A stretch of DNA of 64,000 nucleotides from an uncultured Verrucomicrobiae bacterium (GTDB lineage: Bacteria; Verrucomicrobiota; Verrucomicrobiia; Chthoniobacterales; Chthoniobacteraceae). Position 1 is the stretch's first letter, and each line of letters opens with the position of its first letter. Position numbers and translations under genes: made by a program. The notes beneath the pieces were generated by a model. That model did no database searches. It was not told the DNA's origin and saw nothing but the letters and a program-made list of their open reading frames with translations. Positions 10,227 to 21,324 of this stretch are shown piece by piece. The stretch spans positions 1 to 64,000 of the forward strand of contig CAWHEP010000006.1 of assembly GCA_963828525.1 (NCBI GenBank), in the 5' to 3' direction.

Positions 10227-12174
10227 TCACGCCGGCGCGAGTTTCCCGCCTTCTTCCACCGTCGCAATTTCTTCCTGCATTAATGGAGCGAGCGCCGCGA
10301 TCTGAGCGACGGCTTCCGCCAGGGACACGACCACGCCATCCGCTCCGGAATCCCGCAGCCTCCTTGTTGCGTCCGCAACATTATCCGGCGCGCCCCATAG
10401 GCCGATCATGATCCTGAGAGTGGGGAAACGCGCGCGCAGTTTAGTGCAGAGATATCGCGCGTGAATCACGGTGGAAGGAGCGACGACCGAGATACACGCC
10501 ACTGAAATATCGGCCTTGCCAACCAGTTCGATCATCTCCCCAGCAACCAGTTTCGAGGAGACGTTCGATACTTCGTAGCCCTCGGTTTGCAGAAGTTGCT
10601 CGAGCATTGAGCCTGCGACTTCGTCGCGTTCAGCGCGCGCTGGCAGGCAATACACGCGGACAGGCGAGAACTTGCGCGGATTCCCTGCGCCCTCCACCGC
10701 GTCCACGCCTGTTTGGACCATCAGCCTTGAGGGGCGCTGGGCGCCAATATCTTGAACCAGATCGCGGATGCCCTGCTCGACAGAGGCGCGCTGCTCCTCA
10801 TCAACGGCGTCCCGCCTTCGATCCGTCTCAGCCGCTGTCACGACGGGGATGAACACGGAGTCATAGAGCGCGACCAGCGAATTCGCTGTGGCGAAAGTGT
10901 CAGCCAGCGCGCTTGCTTCGTTTAAATCCATGGCTAGCAGCCGCTGGTAGCACTCCTCGGCTCGCGTCAGCGGCTCCTCGTCGCTGAGCACCACGCACAA
11001 AAATGAAAGCCGGGGCACGTATCTGCCGATGACGACCAGGCACACGGTGAGGGGAGTCGTAAGCACAAGGCCGAGAGGACCCCACAGCCACGTCCAAAAA
11101 ACCGCAGCGACGATCAGCGCGATGGAGGAGACGCCTGTATGGGCGCCATAAAGCAGGGGTTCCATCACGTTATTCAGGACGAGTTCGAGAACCGAAAAGA
11201 GCGTGACGGTGAGCAGTGGAGTTGTCCACGTGGGCGAAACTGCCAGCGCGAGCAAAGTGGGCAGCACAGTCGCGATCCAAGGCCCGAGATAAGGGATAAA
11301 ACGGAGCACGCTGGCCGATGCTCCCCAGAGAATCGCATTCGGAAGACCGATGAGGGAAAGTCCCGCGGCAATCACCGCGCCATAGGTAAGGTTGACCAGG
11401 AGCTGCAGAAGCAGGTATCTCGAAAGGCGATGGCCGGCGTCGTCCAGGGCGCGGGTGGTGGCGCTGATCCGTCCCTGCCCGATCAGTCGTACAAGCCGGC
11501 TGCGGAGGTCTTCTCGCTTCAGCAGCATGAAGATAACCAGGATCAGCACCAAGGCCGCGGTTCCAAGCGGTCCGAGCAAAGGCGCGATGATGAGCTTCAC
11601 CAACTCTATCGGGTTTGCTTGCGAGGTCTCTATGACTTGCACCTGGACCGGCGGAGCGCTTGGCTGTAAAGCCACAGTTGTTTCGGGTTTGCCCGCCTCC
11701 TGAGACGTTCTCGGCCCGGCCGGCGCGGAGCCGCCCGGAAGCTCCTTCTTCAAATCCTCCACGGTTTGGGAAAAAGCGCTGAACGCTCCGCCCTTCGGAG
11801 GTTGAAACGCATGCAACTTTGTAACGATGTTTCCCTTGTGACTGAGGCAGCTTTGTCGCTAGATCCACCAGTTGCCGCGTGAGAATCCATCCTGCCGCGC
11901 CGGTCAGGCTGAAGATCATGATGACCACGAAAAGCACCGCCGCCACACGGCCAATCCACCGCTCGATCCACGACACGAGCGGTGAAAGCAGAAAGGTTAA
12001 CAAGGCGCCCAGCGCAAGCGGAATGAGGAGATCCCGCGCGAAATAAAGCGTCGAGATGATGAAAGCCGTGAGAACGAGCGTCCAGATGCCTGTGAGGGCA
12101 TCCGCTGCCGCTGTTTTGCTTTTGGGTGTTTGCATGATTCTTCGCGGTGGCGGGATAACACCGATCTTGTTCAC
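10227..12174 (-). CDS. AI-2E family transporter with C-terminal B12-binding/receiver-like domain (frameshift ~11840)
   Basis: LRFIPYLGP and FWTWLWGPLGLVLTTPLTVC motifs; split between ORFs 11170-12174 and 10227-11816. Confidence 0.85.
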
Positions 12175-12314
12175 CGGCGTGACATATCGTGCGCGAGCAG
12201 CTACTGAACAACCCGATTCACCAACTATCGCTCCGCTGCCGTTATCCGACCGTCAGCGTTTAGGAGAATGCCTCGGTTCCTGCTGACAATGGATCCCACC
12301 ATCCGTAGATCCTT

Positions 12315-13143
12315 CTAAAGCCCATATACCCGGATGGCAGTCTCACCTAAAATCTGTCGCTGTTCGTCCTCGGATAGGGGCGCGATCCATTCGCGGACTG
12401 TGTCGGCCCATCTTTTGTAGCCGCTGGCGATGAGACATACAGGCCAGTCTGAGCCGAAAAGCAACCGGTCCGCCCCGAACGCATCCAGTACCACTTCAAA
12501 ATAGGGCCGCAAATCGTCTGGCGCCCAACTCTTCCAGTCGGCCTCCGAAACCATCCCAGACACTTTGCAGAATACGTGCTCTCGCTTTGCAAGTTCAGTG
12601 ATGTTTCTAGCCCAGGGTTGGAGGCTGCCCGCCTTGATCCCGGGCTTTGCCACATGGTCCAGAACAAAGATCTGAGAAGGATGCCGATCCACCAGCTCGA
12701 TCGTCTGAGGCAGATGTTTCTCAAAGATCAGGACGTCATATACAAGGTCAAACTCCATCAGTATCTGGAGGCCTGCGTTGAAGTCCGCTCGCAGCATGTA
12801 TCCGTCGTCCGCTTCATCGTGGAGCACGTGCCGCGCGCCGACAAGTTTCCTGCTCCCTGCCATGCGCTCGATCTCTATCCGCGCTTCAGGCGAAGCAAGG
12901 GGAACCCATCCGACAACGCCGCGGATGATATTGCTGCTTGTGGCAAGATCCAAAAGCCAGCGCGTCTCCTCAAGAGACTGCCGCGCCTGCACAGTGATGA
13001 CACCATCGACTCCGTGCGCGCTGGATCTCCGGGGCCAGATCTTCGGGTAAAAAGCTTCGCTGTATCACGCTCATGTCCCCGTTTATCCAGCCGAACTCGC
13101 CGATGTTGTAATTCCAGAAGTGGTTGTGCGAATCGATGATCAT
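12315..13143 (-). CDS. Amidohydrolase family (L-fuconolactonase-like), frameshift ~13010
   Basis: N-terminus MIIDSHNHFW from ATG 13143; LDHVAKP, CKVSG and FGSDWPVC motifs. Confidence 0.88.
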
Positions 13144-13280
13144 CTCGGTTCCAAGCCTATTCGTTGCGCAAATGAGCGCAACTTTTCCACGCGCGCGGTG
13201 TTCTAAAGGGGAGAGCGTCCGTGAAAATACCTTTATTTCGAGGGGCTTTGTAGTATGATGCTTTCGCAGCCAAATACCCT

Positions 13281-14598
13281 ATGAGCGAACCTGTAACCTG
13301 GTACGAAGATCCCTCACACTTCAGGAAAGTGTCGCGCCGCGAATTTCTTTACGTTGGCCTTGTGGGAGGCCTGGGTCTGACCCTGGGTGATTTTCTACGC
13401 CTCCGAGCTGAAGAGGCAGTGCTCCAGGCGAAGGCGAAGAGTCTCATCCACATTTTCCTGCCGGGCGGAATCTCGGCTCATGAATCCTTCGATCCCAAGC
13501 CGCTGGCGCCTGTTGAAGTGCGGGGACCGTTTGGCTCCATCCCGACCAAGGTGGATGGCCTTCGTTTCAATGAGTTCCTTAAGGATACTGCGGGGATCGC
13601 CGATAAGCTCACGGTGGTTCGGTCGATCACGCACGGGGAAGCGGCGCATGAGCGGGGCACGCACAACATGTTTACTGGCTACAGGCCGAGCCCCGCCATC
13701 CAGTATCCGAGCTTTGGCAGCGTGGTCTCTCACGAACTTGGGGGCCGAAACGACATTCCGCCCTACATCTGCATCCCTTCTCAGCCAAATCCATACGCTG
13801 GCAGCGGCTACCTGAGCAACGCCTTCGGACCATTCAGCCTTGGGGGCGATCCCGCGAACGACAAGTTCAGCGTTCGGGACTTGACCCTGCCGCCCGATGT
13901 CGATCACCAGCGATTCAAGCAACGCCAGGATATGCTGGCGGCGGTAGACGCCCATTTTAGGCATCTTGAAAAATCCGACTCATTGGACGCAATGGACAGT
14001 TTCTATCACCAGGCATATAACCTTGTGAGTTCACAGAGCGCTCGAGAGGCGTTCAACCTCGCGGGCGAATCGAACGCCATTAAGGACGAATATGGGCGCA
14101 ATCAGGCTGGCATGCGCATGCTGATGGCGCGCCGTCTCGTCGAGGGTGGCGCGCCGCTTTGTATCCCTGGTTTACGGCGGATGGGATCATCATACGAACG
14201 TGAAGAAAGGCATCGAAGAGGGGCTGCCGAAGTTCGACAAAGCATTTGCGACGCTGATCCGTGACCTGGATCGTCGTGGTTCGCTTGACTCTACTCTCGT
14301 GATGGTGACTACTGAGTTTGGACGCACGCCGAAGGTCAACAAGGATGCGGGCAGGGACCATTGGCCGCGTGTTTTCTCGATCGTACTCGCGGGCGGCGGC
14401 ATCAAACGCGGCTCCGTCTATGGGTCGTCGGATCCCACCGGGGCTGAACCTGACGAGAACCCGCTCTCCGTGGAGGACTTCGCGATGACCATCTACAAGC
14501 AACTCGGCATTGATGGCTCCAAGAAGTTGATGTCTCCCGGTAATCGGCCCATCGATATTGTACGTGGCGGACAAGCGGTGGCGGAACTCATCGCGTAG
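13281..14598 (+). CDS. DUF1501 family protein (frameshift ~14150)
   Basis: Tat-like SRREFL; IFLPGGISAHESFDPKP; GWDHH; EFGRTPKVN...GRDHW. Confidence 0.9.
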
Positions 14599-14602
14599 TT
14601 CC

Positions 14603-16915
14603 ATGCCGATTCGGGCACTAGCTATCATGCTGGCCCTGGCGCTCGTCGCGCGAGGAGCCTCGCCGCAGATCGCGTTCATTAATCCGCCAGGAGGTCAGTG
14701 GGGTTCTGAACTTGAGATCGAAATCAACGGCCAGCATTTGGCGGACGCGGCGGGAATCCTCTTTTACTCACCGGGCATTGATGTCATTCAGGTCAAACCT
14801 GTGGGCGAAGGCAAAATGACCGCCAGACTACGGATCGCTCCAAATTGTCTTCTCGGCGAGCATCCCCTCCGCGTTGTGACGCAGACCGGCATTTCCGATT
14901 TACGCCGCTTCTATGTCGGGCCGTTCCCGAACGTCGCGGAGATCAAGCCGAACAATACCCCGTTGAAAGCCCAGGTAATCCCCCTTAACTGCACCGTGAA
15001 TGGGGTAATCCTGGAGGAGCAGATCGCTTATTTCGCTGTCCAAGTAAAGCAGGGCCAGCGCGTCACGGCGGAAGTGGAAGGGATGAGGCTTGGAACTGCC
15101 ATGTTTGACCCATTGCTGGAGGTCAGGAACAAGGATGGAAAGCTGCTCGCCCGAAACGACGATAATTCGTTGCTTCAGCAGGATCCGCTCGTTTCGTTCG
15201 TTGCGCCCGCGGACGACACTTGCCTGGTGGCCCTGCGGGAAAGCGCATGGGGGGGCAGCGAAAAATGTCACTTCAGACTTCACGTGGGTACCTTCCCACA
15301 GCCATTGGTCGCATATCCCCCGGGAGGGCAAGCGGGGCAGCCTCTGGCCGTGCAACTCATCGGCGACACTTTGGGTGCCATTCCTATGCCCATTCAGCTC
15401 CCTACTGTGGCCTCCCCGTTGTTTCAAATATTTGCCGCGCAGGGTGGTTTGACCGCTCCCGCTGCCAACCTCATAAGAGTGTCCCCTTTTCCGAGTTTCC
15501 TCGAAGTAAGGCCCAACGATGATAAAGCGCGGGCCACAATGGCGAACGTTCCGCCCCCGCTGGCCTTCAACGGCATCGTTTCGCAGAAAGGGGGCGCGGG
15601 ATTTTTCAAGTTCAAGGCTGCGAAAGGGGATCAACTCGATCTGAATGTCTACGCCCGCAGGCTGCGTTCCCCATTGGATTCCGTCCTGACCCTCTGGGGG
15701 CCAAAGGGGAACTTTATTGCATCAAATGATGACAATGAAGGCCCGGACAGTTACCTGCGCTTCAAGGCGGCAGAGGATGGGAACTACTGCATCTCCGTGC
15801 GTGACCAAAGCGGACGCGGAGGGCCGACGTTTGTCTATCGCGTGGAGATTACCCCCGTCTCTCCGGCAGTGACCCTGTCGATCCCCGAAATCGTCAAATA
15901 CTCACAGGAGCGCCAATCCGTCGTGATTCCGCGTGGAAATCGATATGCAACCGTCTTCAGGGCGCAGCGCGCCGATCTCGACGGGAGCCTGACGCTCCAA
16001 CCCTCGGAACTGCCCGCCGGAGTGAGCTGCACCGTGGGGGCTCCAGCGGGTGACTTGATTCCTGTGATCTTCGAGGCGTCCGCGGACGCGCCCCTGGCGA
16101 GCGAACGCTGCGCTCTCAACCTGAAAGCCGGTGAAGGAGGGAAAGCTTTTGCGGACTGTTATCGGCAGGACGTGGAACTCGTGATCGCCGAGCCCAACAA
16201 CACAACCTATGTGAAGTCCCAGGTAGACAAGCTTGCGGTCTCCGTGGCAGCAGAGGCTCCATTTAGCCTCGATCTGCAACCCCCCAAACTCCCGCTGACC
16301 CAAGGCGGCGCGATGGAGATTAAAGTCACAGCAACGCGACGGCCGGATTTCCGGGGGCCTATCACCGTCTCGCTGCTAAACAACCCTCCTGGCGTCGGTT
16401 CTCAGTCTGCCGTAACCATCCCCGAGGGCCAAACTCAGGCCTCCATTCCCATTAGCGCGACCAATCAAGCGAAAGCGCGCGCATGGAAGATTGCCGCTAT
16501 CGGTTCTGAAGATGACGGCAAGGGAACCGTCTGGGTTTCATCCGCCTTTGCGGAACTCAATGTCTCCAAGCCGTTCGTAAGCGCCTCCATCCAGAGTTCA
16601 GCCACCGTCCAGGGAAGCCCCGCGACGGTGGTGTGCGCTCTTGCTCAAAATACTTCCTTTTTAGACAAGGCGACCGTCCGCCTCATGGGATTGCCGAACA
16701 AGGCGTCTGCCCCGGACATTGAAATCACTCCAGCAGACCACGAAATTCGTTTTGCCGTCACGACGGATCCGAAAACACCCGTCGGGAAATGCCGCAATCT
16801 GTTCTGTGAGTTCACCTTTAAAAAGGAGGGCGAGAAAACAACGGAGGATAGCGGTCAAGGAGGTGTGTTGCGCATTGATCCCAGACCCGACCGGAAGGCT
16901 ATCGCGGCAAAATGA
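14603..16915 (+). CDS. Secreted PPC-domain/beta-sandwich protein of the DUF1501 module
   Basis: Signal peptide; PPGGQ, EIKPNN, NDD repeats typical of PVC PPC-domain proteins. Confidence 0.75.
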   Translation: MPIRALAIMLALALVARGASPQIAFINPPGGQWGSELEIEINGQHLADAAGILFYSPGIDVIQVKPVGEGKMTARLRIAPNCLLGEHPLRVVTQTGISDLRRFYVGPFPNVAEIKPNNTPLKAQVIPLNCTVNGVILEEQIAYFAVQVKQGQRVTAEVEGMRLGTAMFDPLLEVRNKDGKLLARNDDNSLLQQDPLVSFVAPADDTCLVALRESAWGGSEKCHFRLHVGTFPQPLVAYPPGGQAGQPLAVQLIGDTLGAIPMPIQLPTVASPLFQIFAAQGGLTAPAANLIRVSPFPSFLEVRPNDDKARATMANVPPPLAFNGIVSQKGGAGFFKFKAAKGDQLDLNVYARRLRSPLDSVLTLWGPKGNFIASNDDNEGPDSYLRFKAAEDGNYCISVRDQSGRGGPTFVYRVEITPVSPAVTLSIPEIVKYSQERQSVVIPRGNRYATVFRAQRADLDGSLTLQPSELPAGVSCTVGAPAGDLIPVIFEASADAPLASERCALNLKAGEGGKAFADCYRQDVELVIAEPNNTTYVKSQVDKLAVSVAAEAPFSLDLQPPKLPLTQGGAMEIKVTATRRPDFRGPITVSLLNNPPGVGSQSAVTIPEGQTQASIPISATNQAKARAWKIAAIGSEDDGKGTVWVSSAFAELNVSKPFVSASIQSSATVQGSPATVVCALAQNTSFLDKATVRLMGLPNKASAPDIEITPADHEIRFAVTTDPKTPVGKCRNLFCEFTFKKEGEKTTEDSGQGGVLRIDPRPDRKAIAAK

Positions 16916-19111
16916 ACATCAGGCTCGTCACGATTTTTGCCATGTACGCCGTGGGCTGCGCGCTCACAGTGGTTCCGACCGCGGCGAACGCGCCAGCCGT
17001 CGTGAAATCCATTGATCTCTCAAAGCCGATCAGTTTCAAACGCGACGTAATGGCTGTCATCACTAAATCCGGTTGCAACACCGGTGGGTGCCATGGCTCG
17101 GCGCGCGGGCAGGACGGCTTTCATCTCTCCCTGTTCGGCTACGATCCCGATGGAGACTACGACCGAATCACTCGCGAGATGGGGGCGCGGCGCGTAAATC
17201 TCGCCCTGCCGGAGGAGAGTTTATTGCTGCAAAAAGCCACCGGCAGCGTTCCGCATACGGGCGGCAAGCTTTTCGCAAAAGAATCTGATTTCTATAAGGC
17301 AATTGTGAAGTGGCTGGAGGCGGGCGCGCCCCGCGATCCAACGACGCTGCCCACGCCGCAGTCCGTCGATATTTCTCCAAATGAAATGCTCTTCGAGGGC
17401 GAGAACGTCACGCGGCAGATGTCAATCACCGCCCATTATTCGGATGGATCCGCGCGGGATGTGACACCGCTTTCCGTCTTTTTCACAAATAACGACGCCA
17501 CTGCCAAAATTTCTCCGGCGGGGATAGTCACCTCCGGAGCGAGAGGCGAGGCTTTTGTGATGGCCCGCTTCGCCACATTCACCGTCGGTTCGCCGGTGAT
17601 CGTCGTTCCAAAAAATCTGCCCTTCTTTTTCCCCGCCGTACCGGAACAGAACTATATCGATGCGCTCATCGATAAAAAGCTGCGGAAGCTTCGTATCGCG
17701 CCGTCCGAGACCTGTGGCGACGAAGAGTTCATCCGTCGGGTTACGCTGGACATAACCGGCTTGTTGCCGACCCCCGCGGAGCGCGAAGGTTTTCTCGCAA
17801 GCGTTGATCCTTCGAAACGCGCGCGGCTGATCGATCAACTGCTTCAGAAGCCCGCTTTTATCGACATGTGGGTGATGCGATGGGCCGAACTTCTGCAGAT
17901 CAGGTCCGGCACAGATATAACTGAAAAATCCGTGCTGGTTTACTTCGACTGGCTCCGCGACCAACTGACCAGAAATGTGCCGATCAACAAAATGGCGCAT
18001 GACCTGATTGCCAGCAGCGGAGGAACCTTCGAAAACCCTCCAGCCGGATATTACCAGTTCGAAACTGATCCCTTGAAGCTGGCTGAAGATACCGCCCAAG
18101 CGTTTCTTGGCGTTCAGGTAAAGTGCGCGCAGTGTCATAACCACCCTTTTGATCGCTGGACGATGAACGACTACCGGGGTTTCGTCGCCTTCTTCACGCA
18201 GGTCGGCCGCAAAAAGGGCGAGGATCCGCGCGAAACGATCGTGTTCGAACGCAAGGAGGGCGAATCAAAGAATCCCATCACCAACGCAATCATCCCCCCA
18301 AAGTTCCTTGGCGGAGCCGCGCCAGATTCCAAGGGGAAAAGCAGGCGTGAACTCCTGGCAAACTGGATTGCCGCTCCCGAGAATCCATACTTCGGCAGAC
18401 ATTTTGCGAATCTCATCTGGGCGCAGTTCTTCGGAAGGGGAATCATCCAACCGGTGGATGATGTGCGTGTCAGTAACCCGCCTTCGAACCCCGAGTTGCT
18501 TGACGCGCTCGCCCAGCACCTGGTCGCGTACAATTACGACTTCAAGAGCCTCGTCCGCGATATTTGCAACTCGCGCGCGTATCAGTTATCCAGCGTTACC
18601 AATTCCACAAATGAGGCGGACACGCGGAACTTCTCGCATGCCGCTCTCCGGAGGTTGCGAGCCGAAGTGATGCTGGATTGCATCACTCAGGTCACCGAGA
18701 CGAAAAATAAGTTTCGCGGTCTTCCGCTTGGCGCTCGCGCCGTTCAGATCGCGGACGGCCAGGCCTACAACTTCTTTCTTACAACATTTGGGCGCGCCAA
18801 GCGGGAAACCCCTTGCTCGTGTGAGGTCTCCATGGAGCCCAACCTTTCACAAGCCCTCGAACTTTTGAATGGGGACGTTGTCTCGCGGAAGATCGCGAAT
18901 GGGGCGCTGGTTCAGCGCCTCCTCCAATCCCACGAAGCCCCTTCCAGACATAGTGAAGGACCTCTACGTGCGCTGTTTTGCGCGTATGCCAAGCGGCGAG
19001 GAGATCGGGATGTTGCAGCCCCTCCTTGCTCAAGCATCTGTTCCCAGGAAGGCTATGGATGACGTGTTTTGGGTGCTTCTGAACTCGAAAGAGTTCATGT
19101 TCAATCATTGA
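16912..19111 (+). CDS. DUF1549/DUF1553 (PSD1) protein with Ig-like domain (frameshift ~18930)
   Basis: GCNTGGCHG, CAQCHNHPFDRW, PSNPELLDALA; terminal LLNSKEFMFNH in the shifted frame. Confidence 0.9.
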
Positions 19112-21324
19112 TGAAGCTGGCTCGCAACCATTCGGCTGTCGCTCGGGCATGTGGTCTTTGGGTTGTCTGCCTCTTCGCCTGGCGCGTTCCATCCACGGCC
19201 ATTGCGCAGGCTGTCACCTATGCGGACCCCATTCACCAGCTTTTTCAGAACAGTTGTTTGAACTGCCATAACCCGGACAAGCAGAAGGCAGGTCTCGACC
19301 TTTCCACGTACGAGTCCGCTATGTCGGGGAGCGATTCGGGGAAAGTCATAGAGCCGGGCAACTCGTCCAAGAGCTTGCTCTACCGGCTGATCACACACGC
19401 TGCCGAACCCTCGATGCCAGCGAAGGCTGACAAGCTTCCTGATTCACAAATCGACCTGATTAGACGATGGATCGAGGCAGGCGCGCCCGAGAAACCTGGA
19501 GGAGCTGTCGCGAGGAAGACCGAGAACACGGGAGCGGCGGTCGTAGTTCTCCAGGAGAGACCAAAAGGCCCGCCCCCAATGCCTCACGACCTGCTGCTGG
19601 AACCGGTTGTCAGGAGCCGCCGCGCGGGTGCCATCGCGGGACTGGCTGGCAGCCCGTGGGCGCCGCTCGTAGCGCTCACAGCACAGCGGCAGGTATTGCT
19701 CTACAACACCGACACCATGGACCTTGCGGGCGTATTACCATTTCCCGAAGGGTTCCCTTTCGTGCTGAAATTTAGCCGCAATGGGCAGTTGCTGCTCGCC
19801 GGGGGCGGGCTTGGGGCAAAACTTGGGAAGGTGGTAGTTTGGGATGTGACTACGGGAACCCGGGTAATTGAAGCCGGTGACGAGTTTGACACCGTTCTTG
19901 CCGCGGATATCAGCCCGGATCAATCGGTCATCGCGCTCGGAGGTCCGGGCAAGATCGTTAAAATCTTTTCGGCGCGGGACGGCGCGTTGCTGTGCAGAAT
20001 GAAAAAACACACCGATTGGGTCACCGCGATGAGTTTTACGCCAGACGGCAAGACCCTGATAACGGGTGATCGCGCCGGTGGCCTTGTCGCCTGGGATTCA
20101 AGGGGTCATGAATTGCAATCGATTTCCGCCCACAAGGGCGCCATTACCGCGGTCACGTGTTTCGGGAGCGCGGTTGCCACAGCCAGCGAGGACGGGTCGG
20201 TAAAGTTTTGGAACCTTGAAGACGGCACCGAGCGTAAGAGTTGGGACGCGCATCCTGGCGGCGTGACGGACGCCGCGTTTGCTCCGGATGGGACCCTCGT
20301 CACTTCCGGACGGGACCGAATGGTCAAACTTTGGGATGCGTCGGGTAAATTCCTTCGGCAATTTGATGCGTTCCAGGACGTTGCGCTGCAAGCCGCGCTG
20401 GCCGGCGGCAAGGTAGTGGGGGGTGACTGGACAGGCGCTGTGCGCGTTTGGACGCGCCAAGGCAAACTCGCGGGGGATCTCGACGCGAATCCCCCCACAC
20501 TTGCTGAGCGCGTGGCGGCGTCCAGCTCGCGGGTTGCTCGGCTGACTGTTCTGGCAGCGACGACAGCCCAAGCTCGTCGAGATGCCGAATCTGCATTCAC
20601 GAACTCGGCGAACGACCTGCGCGCCGCCGGCGAAGCGGTCCGCGTCAAGCAGGTTCAGGCCGACGCCGCAGCCGCCGAGGCGGCCGTCGCCCAGTTGAAA
20701 GTGAAGCAATTCGGGACGGCGCCTACCCAGGAAAGCTCAACGCCCGCAGGCTCGAGCAAGAGCTCCTCTCCGGAGATCACCAGCGAGCCTCAGCCGCATA
20801 CTCCCGAGATCCCAGCGCCGGTGACGGGGGACGATCCTTCGGCTAAGGTGGCTCGCGCTAATGAGGACGCGGAACGGGCAGCCGGGATCATAGCCGCGTC
20901 TGCGGCGCAGGCTGCGAACGACCTGAGCAGACTGAAAGGCGCGCTTACGCAAAAAGCGTCGCAAATGAAGAATGCCGAAGAGCTTCTGGCCAAATGCCGT
21001 GTCGAGGATACTGAAGCGTCCTCTAATCTGGAGAACGCCCGTGTGGGCCTTGCCAGATGGAAAGCCGCCCAGATGAACTCCGCGCTCCTCAACGCGCGCG
21101 AGGAGACTCGGAAAAGGAAGGCTGAACTGGATCGAGTCGTCTGGGCGGCTTCATCGTCAACTCTAGCCACCGCTGACAAGGCGCGCGCTTCCCGGCAATT
21201 GGACGCCGCAAAGAAGAACCTGGAGCAGTCCCAGAGCAGAACTCTTTTGCTTGAACAGCAGTATGCAACGATGACGCGCCGGCCTGAAATCGGCGTTACG
21301 CGTATGATGGCCGCTCACCGGTAA
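19111..21324 (+). CDS. Planctomycete-type cytochrome c + WD40 repeat + coiled-coil protein
   Basis: CLNCH heme motif, WIEAGA, several WD repeats, Ala-rich coiled-coil tail. Confidence 0.88.
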   Translation: MKLARNHSAVARACGLWVVCLFAWRVPSTAIAQAVTYADPIHQLFQNSCLNCHNPDKQKAGLDLSTYESAMSGSDSGKVIEPGNSSKSLLYRLITHAAEPSMPAKADKLPDSQIDLIRRWIEAGAPEKPGGAVARKTENTGAAVVVLQERPKGPPPMPHDLLLEPVVRSRRAGAIAGLAGSPWAPLVALTAQRQVLLYNTDTMDLAGVLPFPEGFPFVLKFSRNGQLLLAGGGLGAKLGKVVVWDVTTGTRVIEAGDEFDTVLAADISPDQSVIALGGPGKIVKIFSARDGALLCRMKKHTDWVTAMSFTPDGKTLITGDRAGGLVAWDSRGHELQSISAHKGAITAVTCFGSAVATASEDGSVKFWNLEDGTERKSWDAHPGGVTDAAFAPDGTLVTSGRDRMVKLWDASGKFLRQFDAFQDVALQAALAGGKVVGGDWTGAVRVWTRQGKLAGDLDANPPTLAERVAASSSRVARLTVLAATTAQARRDAESAFTNSANDLRAAGEAVRVKQVQADAAAAEAAVAQLKVKQFGTAPTQESSTPAGSSKSSSPEITSEPQPHTPEIPAPVTGDDPSAKVARANEDAERAAGIIAASAAQAANDLSRLKGALTQKASQMKNAEELLAKCRVEDTEASSNLENARVGLARWKAAQMNSALLNAREETRKRKAELDRVVWAASSSTLATADKARASRQLDAAKKNLEQSQSRTLLLEQQYATMTRRPEIGVTRMMAAHR

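Noticed and set aside
14140..14160. Programmed ribosomal frameshift (here and at other split genes)
   Set aside because: No consistent slippery sites; the scatter across unrelated genes fits sequencing error better
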